Shown here: piece by piece, positions 18,986 to 28,401 of the stretch | How positions within the stretch are numbered: the first letter of the stretch is position 1 | How the letters are laid out: the number at the start of each line of letters is the position of its first letter | Sequence record: SRR31156797_3322 | Reading direction: 5' to 3' (one strand) | DNA: 47,324 nt | Translations under genes and position numbers: made by a program | Notes under the pieces: generated by a model | The model's input: the letters and a program-made list of their open reading frames with translations, nothing else | Database searches by the model: none | Told to the model about the DNA's origin: nothing

Positions 18986-19921
18986 TTATTCTATCGGCGA
19001 AACGAAACCATCTGGTTTAAGAGCAACCAAACTGCAGTTTATTGACTGTAAAATGTTCTCTGCTGTATTACCAATCACGTAGCCTGAAATACCCGCTCTC
19101 GCCAGTGTCCCCATAACAAGTACATCCACTTCAATACTTTCAACGTAATCTGGGATAATTTCATCCGGCTTACCGTGTAAGTGGTGCATGACAATTTCGC
19201 CTGCTATTCCTGAATCTTCCAGCAAGTGCTGTAGGGCTTGTTTGTGTTCGGATTTTGCTCTATCGATCTCATGTTTTAACTCGGCATCATCGACATGAAT
19301 CCATGAATTATCATGTAAATAATGCTCTAAGTAATACTCCCAACAGGAAATGACGTGCAAACGGCTGTCACAGGTATCGGCTATGGAACGCGACAGTTCA
19401 AGTAGGCGCAAAGCCAGTGAATGTTTGTCATCACTCGGGGTTAATGGGTCTATTGCCACTGCGACACGACGTTTATCCCTTGGTTTATCAACCGGACGGT
19501 GCAACCAGACAGGACAAGGACATTTGCGCAGCAACGTCATATCAATGGCTTTGAAACCTTCGGCTCGGTCACCAAGTGGTTCAGCTTCTTTGATGATTAG
19601 ATCTTTGTTGGCAGCTAATGCTTGTTTAATGATACAAATGGCGGGTTGTTCACTACTTTTCACCGTAAGAGGAAACGGCAGCTTATCTTCTGAAAGGCTA
19701 AGCTGCTGTCGATATTCATCAATACGTTGATTTAGGGAGTCCTGAAGCGACTTCTCATAACTTTGCTGATACTGAAGCATATCAGCAGGAAAGTTTGGAA
19801 AGGCTATCAGGCCAGATACGGGCACATCATTACTGGATGCTATCCTAATCGCTTGTTCGAGGGCATCACTGTGGCCAGGTAAACCTTGTGTTGCAAAAAG
19901 TATGTTCGCGAATCGTTTCAT
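18986..19921 (-). CDS. Universal stress protein (tandem USP, UspE-like)
   Basis: DMTLLRKCPCPVW and DVLVMGTLARAGISGYVIGNTAENIL...ALKP; SD GGAGG. Confidence 0.92.
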   Translation of the reverse strand: MKRFANILFATQGLPGHSDALEQAIRIASSNDVPVSGLIAFPNFPADMLQYQQSYEKSLQDSLNQRIDEYRQQLSLSEDKLPFPLTVKSSEQPAICIIKQALAANKDLIIKEAEPLGDRAEGFKAIDMTLLRKCPCPVWLHRPVDKPRDKRRVAVAIDPLTPSDDKHSLALRLLELSRSIADTCDSRLHVISCWEYYLEHYLHDNSWIHVDDAELKHEIDRAKSEHKQALQHLLEDSGIAGEIVMHHLHGKPDEIIPDYVESIEVDVLVMGTLARAGISGYVIGNTAENILQSINCSLVALKPDGFVSPIE

Positions 19922-20069
19922 ACATACCTCCTTATCTGATTAAATTTTAATCATATAGAAAGTATAATACCCAATGTAGAATTGTAACGGCTTGTGACCC
20001 TGATGAAATCCATTCGCATGGATTCGCTCACATACAGGCAATGGCATTTGTTTCTAGGCGTTTATCACA

Positions 20070-20990
20070 CTACTCGATAACAACACCTTTAACCTTTGAT
20101 ACTTTTGAGCAAGTCCCATCATCTCTATAGTTAGCGCATTGCCAAAATGCATTATTCCAAAATACTTTTTCTGGATTCCACGATCTATTTTTATTAAAAA
20201 CGCAAGTGCAGGGCTCATCAGATTCGGCTTGTTCCTTCTTGTTCGTCGTCACTTTTTCTCTTTCCTCACTTTGAAAGGATTGTTTTGCAGACCTTGTGGC
20301 TTTTGCCTCTTGCTCATGTTGTTTTAAAAAGGCTACGTTGTAGTGTTCGATACTGGTTAACGTCACGTTTTTAGTTCTGGGTTTGTACCAACTGGTTTGA
20401 GAAAATAAATAAGTCAGTTTATCAGAATTAAACGTATAACCATGACGCGCAAATATCTCATTACGTGCCACATTCAGATCAGGTTCAGAAAAGCCTTTTA
20501 TATCGGATTCAGTCAGCTTTCTATGCTCACTTGCCGATAAAATCATTTCGCTACCGGAGTGTTTATCCCAAAGAATCGATATTGAATGCGGTTCAACGTC
20601 GGGATTCTTTGGCGAATACCGTAGCTTAATTTCCTTTAAATTTTCATTGAAGTTATCATTATGTTCGACATAGATAGTGCCTCCTTGAACTTTAAAAGCC
20701 TCTTGTTGAGCTAAGTCGATAGTTGTTTCTATCGATAGCATTTCAGACATATCATAGTAGTCAAAGCCTTCTTTTGTCTTGCGGCCTATTGCTAAGCCAT
20801 TTAAGTGGTATTGGCCTTGAGGGGTATAACTGAGATTTTGCGGATCCATTATCTTGGCATTCCAAAGGCGGTTATCTTCTCTTAGAACCACCATTGGTTT
20901 CAGTCCACCCGAAACTACGTAAAATCGACTATAGTCTTCAGGCAGAACCTCTCCGGTAATTGCAAGTGCCACTAGAAGTAAATAAAACAC
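20070..20990 (-). CDS. Exported YARHG-domain protein with a C-terminal Cys-rich module
   Basis: Hydrophobic N-terminus; LNVARNEIFARHGYTF...LFSQTSWYKP; four Cys in the C-terminal 46 aa. Confidence 0.8.
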   Translation of the reverse strand: MFYLLLVALAITGEVLPEDYSRFYVVSGGLKPMVVLREDNRLWNAKIMDPQNLSYTPQGQYHLNGLAIGRKTKEGFDYYDMSEMLSIETTIDLAQQEAFKVQGGTIYVEHNDNFNENLKEIKLRYSPKNPDVEPHSISILWDKHSGSEMILSASEHRKLTESDIKGFSEPDLNVARNEIFARHGYTFNSDKLTYLFSQTSWYKPRTKNVTLTSIEHYNVAFLKQHEQEAKATRSAKQSFQSEEREKVTTNKKEQAESDEPCTCVFNKNRSWNPEKVFWNNAFWQCANYRDDGTCSKVSKVKGVVIE

Positions 20991-21543
20991 ATACAGTCCT
21001 TACACTTTCCAAATTTAAATTGCAGGCTCAACGAATCAAGTAAGACCTGGATTTATCAATTGATATTGTTATCTATGAGTTGTCATCATGGTTATGCGGT
21101 AATGACTCATTAATAACCACTCGTTAAGTAATGATTTACAGTAGAAGTATAATATTTATCATTTTGACAAATTTATTTTGGATCACACTTACAGCGGTAA
21201 ATCTGAATAACATCGGATAAAGCGTCAATGTGAGAGATAGCAAGACTGGCGGGCATTGCAATTGTGTCGCTTGACCAGGCAAGAGAGAATAAGCTAGTCT
21301 TTGTGCACCACTTCTTTCGGAGATTACGCCAACATGAACAACTAAACCTGTCATCCACTTATCAATTTTATTTTTTGGATACACAGGGTTAGTAGGCGTA
21401 GCTCACTTTCCGATATTTCTCTGCATGTACATTTTATTTTTATACCGACTTACCTTTATCGCTCAGATAAAGGCGGCAATTGCATTGATCTCATCTCAAT
21501 AACGTTCTAGCTACGGCTGTTGTCCCTGTCATACAGGAGGCAA

Positions 21544-23121
21544 ATGATGCCACTTTTACAAGCTCAAAATATCAGTTATCAATTTTCAAACGGTGACCGA
21601 TTGTTTCACCAACTCTCATGTGTGATGAATGTCCCTCGAGTCGGACTCGTGGGGCGCAATGGCGTGGGTAAGTCTATGCTTGCCTCAATATTGTTGGGAG
21701 AGAAACGACCGGAGAGCGGAAACATATTATTACCCAGTTCCTACGCGACGTATCGTCAACAACCGTCAAACTTAGCGTGCTCGGTTGCAGAGCTCCTTGG
21801 CAAAGCACAAGCAATAGAGGCGTTGAGGCACATTGAACTCGGTGATTGCTCGTCTCATTGGTTTGATGTTGTGGGTGATGAGTGGGACATCGAACAAAAG
21901 CTTTACTCGTTGCTCAACGAGTTGGGTTTGCCTAGAGATTATCGACAATCTTGCGGTCAGTTAAGTGGAGGGCAACTCGCACGTCTTCAGTTATGGAAAC
22001 TGTTTACGAGTGACACAGAGTTACTGGTTTTGGATGAACCGTCCAATCATCTGGATACTCAGGGTAAGCAGTGGTTGATACAAGCGATGCGTGATTTTTC
22101 TGGAGCGATTTTTTTGATTAGCCATGATCGAGAATTATTGCGTGAAGTCGAAGAAATCTGGCAGTTATCTGACCTTGGTTTAAAAGTGTTCGGTGGGAAC
22201 TACGATTTTTACAAGCAGCAAAATGACGCTGAGAGACAGGCGTTGGAAAGACAAATACTCAGTGTCGAGAAGCAGCAGAAGAAGTTAAAGCAGCAAGCTC
22301 AGTGTGAACGAGAAAAAGCGCAACAACGAGAAGCGCAAGGGAATCGATTAAGACGAGATGGCAGCCAGCCCAAATTATTACTCGATGGGAAAAAGGATAA
22401 AGCAACGGCCAGAGCGTCGAACCGCAATAAAAATGTGCAGCTTAGGGAAGAGCATTTACAAAAGACAGAACAAGCCCTGCGAACTCAGTATGAGCAGTTA
22501 AAACAGCAGAAATTGTATTTGTCTGATCAAGGGCAACGTACTCACCGCCAGATTTCGATAGTCGAAGGCGAGCTTCCTTTTGTTAAACAGCTACCTGTTA
22601 ACATACACGTGAGTTCGCAAGAAAAAATTCATCTTCATGGTATTAATGGCTGTGGAAAATCAACCTTGCTGAAAGTGATTGCTGGTGACCTTTTACTGCT
22701 AAAAGGGGAGTTGGCTATCTCTACGCCTGTAACGTATCTGGACCAGCATTTCGCGACAGTAGACCCTGACGAAACCATGTTAGATAACGTGATGAACCAG
22801 TGTGAGGGAGTGTTAGAAGCGGATGCCAGAACCTTGTTGGCGGGAATTGGCTTTCGTCGTGATAGTGTTTTTCGCTTAGGCAAAGAATTAAGCGGCGGCG
22901 AAAAAATGAAATTAGCAATGTTGATAGTAAGTCATCAACCTAATCAGCCACTGTTGCTGCTGGATGAGCCAGATAATCATCTTGATTTGGATTCTAAAGA
23001 GCTTCTAGCTCAAGCTTTAAAATCCTATCAAGGGGGATTTATTCTTGTTAGCCACGATCAAGATTTTGTTTCTCAGTCAGGTGTTGTTCGTCAAATCGTT
23101 TTGAGTCACTCTAAATGTTGA
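21544..23121 (+). CDS. ABC-F family ATPase with a long interdomain linker
   Basis: Two NBDs (GRNGVGKS/LSGGQ/LDEPSNHLD and GINGCGKST/LSGGE/LDEPDNHLD), no TM segments; AGGAGG before ATG 21544. Confidence 0.92.
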   Translation: MMPLLQAQNISYQFSNGDRLFHQLSCVMNVPRVGLVGRNGVGKSMLASILLGEKRPESGNILLPSSYATYRQQPSNLACSVAELLGKAQAIEALRHIELGDCSSHWFDVVGDEWDIEQKLYSLLNELGLPRDYRQSCGQLSGGQLARLQLWKLFTSDTELLVLDEPSNHLDTQGKQWLIQAMRDFSGAIFLISHDRELLREVEEIWQLSDLGLKVFGGNYDFYKQQNDAERQALERQILSVEKQQKKLKQQAQCEREKAQQREAQGNRLRRDGSQPKLLLDGKKDKATARASNRNKNVQLREEHLQKTEQALRTQYEQLKQQKLYLSDQGQRTHRQISIVEGELPFVKQLPVNIHVSSQEKIHLHGINGCGKSTLLKVIAGDLLLLKGELAISTPVTYLDQHFATVDPDETMLDNVMNQCEGVLEADARTLLAGIGFRRDSVFRLGKELSGGEKMKLAMLIVSHQPNQPLLLLDEPDNHLDLDSKELLAQALKSYQGGFILVSHDQDFVSQSGVVRQIVLSHSKC

Positions 23122-23195
23122 GAGGGGGTTGTCTCACTGAATGAAATAATCTGAGTTTGGTGTTGTGATTTCGGAATGTAAATTTGTGTGGTCAT

Positions 23196-23225
23196 TAAAG
23201 CCTGACGTTTATCCGTCAGGCTTTA
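23196..23225. terminator. Bidirectional intrinsic terminator
   Basis: TAAAGCCTGACG-TTTATC-CGTCAGGCTTTA. Confidence 0.85.
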
Positions 23226-23235
23226 TATTGTTCAA

Positions 23236-24453
23236 TTAATGGCGTATACCGCTGCCACCAACAACGGTGATGTTGTAAGGTTGGCCACCAACATCAATAC
23301 TTTCGCCTTTAGCCAGTGTTTCAGTTTTAATGCGATGAATGACGCCTTTGTTTGGGTCAGTCACCAAAATTTCATCACCAGCCATCGCTAATCTAGGTCG
23401 AGGATCATTCCAGTGTCCATCCATACTGTAAGGTTCGGTTACCTGAATACTCTTTTCGATATTTGCGTTAAGTACGTTCACCAAGCTTAGCTTCCCGTCT
23501 TCGGTTAGCACATAACCGTGGATCGGATGAAGCTTGTCAAAAATAAAATCGATTCGACGGAAAGGCAGTTCTATCAATTGCATGTGCGGCTCATCGACAG
23601 GATCGATAACCACTAGCCCTTTCTTGCCATAACTACCTAGGAATACTTGTATTGTTTTGGAACCAAGAAAATGTCCAACCATTTCACCTTTCGGAAAGCT
23701 AGCTGGGTAGGGCAGCATCATGTACTCAGCCCCTTGTCTGCCGTGTTTCACCGTCAGTACGCCTTCTTTACAACCGATCGCTAGGTAGTTGCCAGAAAAG
23801 CCTTCGCCATGAAGGTTAGTACAAGCTTGTAATTCACCAATTGGCTGGCTGGTGGCATCAATGAGTTGAACCCCGATTCTTTTGGCTGAAGTATGTTCTG
23901 CTTGTTTCGCTTTAGAGGCGACACTGGTTAACCATTGATCGCCCAATGGAACGACTACGCCATGATGAGCGATGTTTTGCTCGATTTTAAAGGGTTTTAG
24001 TTGCCCATTAGCAAGTGCAGCTCCATCAATAATGCTTGCGTAGCCGCCTTCATCAAAGTTGATGGACACCTTTCCACTGTGTTCTAACAGATGAAAAGGG
24101 CTTGGTCCTTTTAGTGTGTTGCGTAATGCTTGTGGGGCTTCAATTTTAATATCTGAGTGCTCGCCATGATCTTCAAGGCTGACGCCTGACGAAATAAAGT
24201 TAACCTGATCGCTAAAGGATTGAACCGCCACGACCACTGAATCATTGGAGACGGAATACAATTTTGCTTGTCCGGCTGTGTCGAACTGCCAACGTTTATC
24301 AGTGTTATGTAAATCAAACGCCATAACCTGAGGGGCTTGGTGATCGGCGACAAATACTCGGTAATGAGTTATATCGCTCTCCTCTTCGTGAGTCGACGCG
24401 CAGGATGCTAGACTTAAAGCCACAAGCGTTGCGCTACACAGTCGTTTTATCAT
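23236..24453 (-). CDS. aztD: AztD-like zinc metallochaperone (beta-propeller), predicted lipoprotein
   Basis: EDHGEH, AHHGVVVP, LHGE and YSMDGHWNDPRPRLA His motifs; lipobox LASC at residue 18; Zur box upstream. Confidence 0.75.
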   Translation of the reverse strand: MIKRLCSATLVALSLASCASTHEEESDITHYRVFVADHQAPQVMAFDLHNTDKRWQFDTAGQAKLYSVSNDSVVVAVQSFSDQVNFISSGVSLEDHGEHSDIKIEAPQALRNTLKGPSPFHLLEHSGKVSINFDEGGYASIIDGAALANGQLKPFKIEQNIAHHGVVVPLGDQWLTSVASKAKQAEHTSAKRIGVQLIDATSQPIGELQACTNLHGEGFSGNYLAIGCKEGVLTVKHGRQGAEYMMLPYPASFPKGEMVGHFLGSKTIQVFLGSYGKKGLVVIDPVDEPHMQLIELPFRRIDFIFDKLHPIHGYVLTEDGKLSLVNVLNANIEKSIQVTEPYSMDGHWNDPRPRLAMAGDEILVTDPNKGVIHRIKTETLAKGESIDVGGQPYNITVVGGSGIRH

Positions 24454-24498
24454 TCGTTATCTCCCTATAAGTTCTCAGTTTTGTGACACTTTTCCGCT

Positions 24499-24521
24499 GG
24501 AGTGTTATAACATAACGTTTT
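24499..24521. promoter_or_regulatory. Zur box overlapping the extended -10 of the AztD-like gene
   Basis: GGAG-TGTTATAACATAACG-TTTT versus gammaproteobacterial consensus GAAATGTTATA-N-TATAACATTTC. The minus strand carries TG-T-TATAAC. Confidence 0.75.
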
Positions 24522-24695
24522 GTTGTGTGAAAACAGTCAACAAGAAAAAATTATGAAATAAGATGCCTATCGAATATTGAAGTCATCACCAGTATGATTG
24601 TTTCATCTGGATGTGATTTTTTATCGGTCATTAGAGAGGGGGAGCGAATAAAGGTGCACAACGTTGAAGTTTTCGTGTTTCGTAGAATGGGAAAC

Positions 24696-24723
24696 AAAAA
24701 TAGGCCAGATAAAACTAGCCTAT
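24696..24723 (-). terminator. Intrinsic terminator after the PepSY_TM gene
   Basis: Minus strand ATAGGCTAG-TTTTAT-CTGGCCTAT-TTTTG. Confidence 0.65.
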
Positions 24724-24747
24724 AACGAGTGGTGATGACATTGAGGT

Positions 24748-26160
24748 TTAACTAAATGCGACCCTCAACTTGTTGAAACGTCTCACCAACAGCCAGTCAA
24801 TCAGTAATGCTAGCACAATGGTTAATCCTGCCAGTGGAAAAACCAAACCAACCAATATTAGTGTTGTTAAGCCAGTTTTCCAGATTCCATCTTGTTCAAA
24901 GCGGGGTGGCACCCCTAAACGTGCTTGCCCCGTAGGCCGACGAAGCCACCACATCACAATGCCAGTGATTGAAATGACAATAAAAACCAGACAAGTGATC
25001 ACGTTAGCAATTTTGTTCCATATGCTCAGGTCACCCTGATGAAGCGAAACTCCTGCCGCCATAGCCTTTGCGAATGGTGAGTAGTCTTGCCAGGTCACGT
25101 CTGTGATTAACTCGCCTGAATATTGATCAATGTGCGCCGTGCGGTCATCTCGTGGGTCGACAATATCTCCCGCCATCGTATTGGCAGAAACGGTGTAAAC
25201 CCCTTTTTCTCCTCGCGGAAATGCAATCCGATACTGGGTAAAGCCCATCGTTTTAGCTTGAGCAATTACCTGATCAATGTCGACGGTGGCATTCGTCGAG
25301 ACCATTTGAGGTTTGTTACCGTGATGATGAGATTGTGGTACAGGCGCTTGCTCTAGATTCCAAGGCATCTCTTTTTCTGCACCGTGATTGAGGTCGGCAT
25401 GAGTCAGTGTGGATTGCGGTTTCTCTCCCCAAGTGTAGTAAGTCGGAAACGTATTCCATGCTTGTACCAATTTACCGCCCCAGATACCTGTCCAAGACAA
25501 TCCGGAGATGAGGAAAAACAGCAGTATCAATGAAAGTACGCCACCTAAGTTAGCGTGTAGATCTCGCCAAAACACTCGCGCACCGCTGTTGAGTCGGATG
25601 CTGAGAAATCCTGCTTTGCGGCCATTATCCAGCGGCAGCCATAAATAGATGCCACTGACGAAGAGGATGATGCCCAAGCTGGCGGCCACTTCAATCAAAT
25701 AGTCGCCCCAGTTACCAACCAACAAGGTGCTGTGAATTTTATTCGCCCATTGATACCAACTTTCACTGCGATCGATGGTGCCTAACACTTCGGCCGAATA
25801 AGGGTTGATCGTCACAAACTGGCTAGAACCATCGCTAAAACGCAGTGAAAAACGGTTGGCGACGTCTGGCTGACCAGCGGGGATATATTGAGTGACTTGT
25901 GCGTTTGGATAGAGATTCTGAACGGCAGCAAGTTGTTGTGAAACCGAAACGGCCTGCGTTTGGGGTGTGACTTTCAGGACTTCAGCGTAGCGGATGTGTT
26001 CAATTTCATCATCAAACAACATGACTAAGCCGGTGAGAGACAACATCAGCATGAATGGCACGACAAACAGCCCAGCATAAAAATGCCAACGCCAAGTGAG
26101 AAAATAGAGGGTTTTACGACGCGCAGTCGGCGTCTGTTGAGGTGTGGTAATCGTACTCAA
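24748..26160 (-). CDS. PepSY-associated TM helix (PepSY_TM) membrane protein, metal-uptake associated
   Basis: WRWHFYAGLF, INPYSAEVLG, SGIYLW, RDLHANLG, IDQYSGE, SLHQG, TGIVMWW; TTG start after AAGGAAG. Confidence 0.9.
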   Translation of the reverse strand: MSTITTPQQTPTARRKTLYFLTWRWHFYAGLFVVPFMLMLSLTGLVMLFDDEIEHIRYAEVLKVTPQTQAVSVSQQLAAVQNLYPNAQVTQYIPAGQPDVANRFSLRFSDGSSQFVTINPYSAEVLGTIDRSESWYQWANKIHSTLLVGNWGDYLIEVAASLGIILFVSGIYLWLPLDNGRKAGFLSIRLNSGARVFWRDLHANLGGVLSLILLFFLISGLSWTGIWGGKLVQAWNTFPTYYTWGEKPQSTLTHADLNHGAEKEMPWNLEQAPVPQSHHHGNKPQMVSTNATVDIDQVIAQAKTMGFTQYRIAFPRGEKGVYTVSANTMAGDIVDPRDDRTAHIDQYSGELITDVTWQDYSPFAKAMAAGVSLHQGDLSIWNKIANVITCLVFIVISITGIVMWWLRRPTGQARLGVPPRFEQDGIWKTGLTTLILVGLVFPLAGLTIVLALLIDWLLVRRFNKLRVAFS

Positions 26161-26251
26161 CGTATTTCTTCCTTTTTTAAACGCAAATTATCCCTTCAGT
26201 TGAGCAACCGAATGGGATATGAGCGTATGACTTTACTAGATAGTTTTATTG

Positions 26252-26620
26252 TTATGAGGTTAGTAATTCAGTGAAGCCCAAAGGAGGGGCGCGCGGAACG
26301 GCACTTTCAAAACGGACACTTAGAGCCAAAAAAGTGTAACCATCTACTTGCGCCGTTGTTTGTCGAATTGGAAGTCGTGTGGTTGGAAGTTCGGTGTCAT
26401 GGAAGTTAGAGAAATGAGCAAATGGACACGGTTTACTGTGTTGAGTTTGCGGCTTTCCATCTTCAACTTTGACCAGTTCGAAACCATTAATGGTGCAGAG
26501 TGTTGCCCAAACACCCGCCGCACTGCCGTGTGCATTTAGCACAGGCATGAGCGAAACCAACAACCAGCTAAGCAGGCTGAGTTTCAGCATCAAACGGTGA
26601 AAGGCACGTTGTGGGTTCAT
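26252..26620 (-). CDS. DUF2946-family leader protein with a RAPP ribosome-arrest-type motif
   Basis: N-terminal hydrophobic segment, ATLCTING, HSKPCPFAH and PRAPP near the C-terminus; directly upstream of a PepSY_TM gene. Start at ATG 26620 preferred. Confidence 0.78.
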   Translation of the reverse strand: MNPQRAFHRLMLKLSLLSWLLVSLMPVLNAHGSAAGVWATLCTINGFELVKVEDGKPQTQHSKPCPFAHFSNFHDTELPTTRLPIRQTTAQVDGYTFLALSVRFESAVPRAPPLGFTELLTS

Positions 26621-26851
26621 AACAACACTCTTTATGGATTGGGCACGATTATAACGATTAGTGATAACCATAACAGTGTGTTATACCGAACTTTTAACAA
26701 AAAGACATGAGTTGTTTACATCTTATACAAGATTTTGAGATGAATGCGAATTAAACGGATTCTAGGTGGAGGATCATGGTGCGCTCAAATCGAAACTGCT
26801 TCACAAATTATGTTAGTGTTTAGTCGTCCACAAATTTGATGTTTAGATATT

Positions 26852-27289
26852 ATGAATATTGGTGAATTAGCAAAAAGGACCGGATTGTCTGCTTCAAAAA
26901 TCCGCTTCTACGAGAAGATAGGTTTACTCAAAACGGTAAAGCGTAAGGCAAATGGCTATCGTTCATACCCAACTGAAGCTGTGATGGTGTTGGATATGAT
27001 TACCACGGGGCAACAAGTAGGGTTTAGCCTGGATGAGTTACGCGTGTTACTCCCAGAAGACTTATCGCAGTGGGATCACCATCAGTTATTAAACACTTTA
27101 AAACAAAAAGTAAGGGACTTAGAAGAACTAGAAAAGAAGATTGCGGAAAACAAAGCGAAATTGGTGGAAGTTTTAAATGAAATTGAAGCCAAACCAGAAA
27201 GTATGGGTTGCGTTGAAAATGCTGAACGGGTTATGTCTCAATTTGGCTGGGATCTATTAAACAAATCTGATGGCCGACAAGAACCGTGA
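26852..27289 (+). CDS. MerR-family transcriptional regulator
   Basis: MNIGELAKRTGLSASKIRFYEKIGLL...NGYRSY; a single Cys. Confidence 0.93.
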   Translation: MNIGELAKRTGLSASKIRFYEKIGLLKTVKRKANGYRSYPTEAVMVLDMITTGQQVGFSLDELRVLLPEDLSQWDHHQLLNTLKQKVRDLEELEKKIAENKAKLVEVLNEIEAKPESMGCVENAERVMSQFGWDLLNKSDGRQEP

Positions 27290-27403
27290 CCGGCCTCTCT
27301 CTGAGGCAACAGTACATCTTTTACTTCAATGAATAGGCCTTTCAACTATGCGGGTTCAAGATAAAAACTGACTTCCTTGTTAACAAAAAACGCGAAATTT
27401 ACG

Positions 27404-27434
27404 TTGACCTTAAACTCAACTTTAACCTTAGGAT
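27404..27434 (+). promoter_or_regulatory. MerR-type promoter with a 19-bp spacer
   Basis: TTGACC (27404-09), 19 bp containing the dyad TTAAA-CTCAAC-TTTAA, then TAGGAT (27429-34). Confidence 0.8.
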
Positions 27435-27471
27435 ACTTCTAAAATAGAACGTAAATCAGGAGAAGTTTCCC

Positions 27472-28401
27472 ATGCATACAATTCTTGGAGCGAATGGTCA
27501 GATTGGTCGAGAACTCGCTATTAGTTTAAAACGTGATTACACCACCAACATACGATTAGTCAGTCGTCATCCTAAGAAAGTGAACGATTCTGATGAACTG
27601 TTTCAGGCAGATTTACTCAATCCCCAACAAACGTTAGATGCTGTCGAAGGTTCAGAGATTGTGTATTTGACGGCTGGGTTACCGATGAACACTCAGCTTT
27701 GGATAGAGCAATGGCCAACGTTAATGCGCAATGTGATTGCAGCATGTGAAACCCATGATGCCAAATTAGTGTATTTTGATAACACTTATATGTATCCACA
27801 AACAAATATGCCTCAGTCAGAGGATACACATTTTGCTCCAAATGGAGGTAAGGGTAGTGTACGTGCGCATATCACTAATATGCTACTTGAAGCGATGGAG
27901 CGTGGGACAATCAATGCTGTTGTGTGCAGAGCTCCAGAGTTTTATGGGCCGGGCAGCACTCAGAGTATTACTAACTCAACTATCATTTCTCCGCTGTTAG
28001 CAGGTAAACCAGCCAAAGTATTCCTACGTGATGACGTTAAGCGCAGTCTCATTTTCACCCCTGATGCAAGCCGAGCCATGGCATTAATTGGTAATACTCC
28101 GGATGCTTATGGCCAAACATGGCACTTACCGTGTGATGATAATCGGCTTACTTACCACCAGTTTGTAGAACTAGCAGCAAAGACGTTTAATACAAAGTCG
28201 AAGTATCGAGTAATTAAACGTTGGCAGTTGTGGCTAGCCGGTAAATTAAATTCGACGATTAGAGATGCGGCAGAGCTTTTACCGCGTTATGAAACGGACA
28301 ACATTTTCGTGTCAGATAAGTTTAAAACCCGGTTTCCGGCATTCGAAGTGACGGCTTTTGAACAAGGCTTGAGAATTATCAGGGATGAACGAAGGTCTTA
28401 A
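27472..28401 (+). CDS. NAD-dependent epimerase/dehydratase (atypical SDR)
   Basis: ILGANGQIG Rossmann motif; DNTYMY and RAPEFYGPG. Confidence 0.88.
   Translation: MHTILGANGQIGRELAISLKRDYTTNIRLVSRHPKKVNDSDELFQADLLNPQQTLDAVEGSEIVYLTAGLPMNTQLWIEQWPTLMRNVIAACETHDAKLVYFDNTYMYPQTNMPQSEDTHFAPNGGKGSVRAHITNMLLEAMERGTINAVVCRAPEFYGPGSTQSITNSTIISPLLAGKPAKVFLRDDVKRSLIFTPDASRAMALIGNTPDAYGQTWHLPCDDNRLTYHQFVELAAKTFNTKSKYRVIKRWQLWLAGKLNSTIRDAAELLPRYETDNIFVSDKFKTRFPAFEVTAFEQGLRIIRDERRS

Noticed and set aside
21148-21166. Fur-like box upstream of the YARHG gene
   Set aside because: A 14/19 match in a very AT-rich tract about 160 bp from the start, with no supporting context.
21136-21384. Small minus-strand ORFs (82 aa and the Cys/Trp-rich 61 aa)
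   Set aside because: No convincing SD or recognisable motif, and they overlap each other. They cannot be supported without homology or ribosome-profiling data.
26645-26690. Definite Fur or Zur box upstream of the DUF2946 gene
   Set aside because: Only partial matches (about 12/19 to Fur; ATAACA-GTG-TGTTAT dyad). The regulator cannot be assigned.
26852-27289. SoxR, CueR or ZntR identity for the MerR protein
   Set aside because: It has only one Cys and lacks the [2Fe-2S] or metal-binding cysteine motifs.
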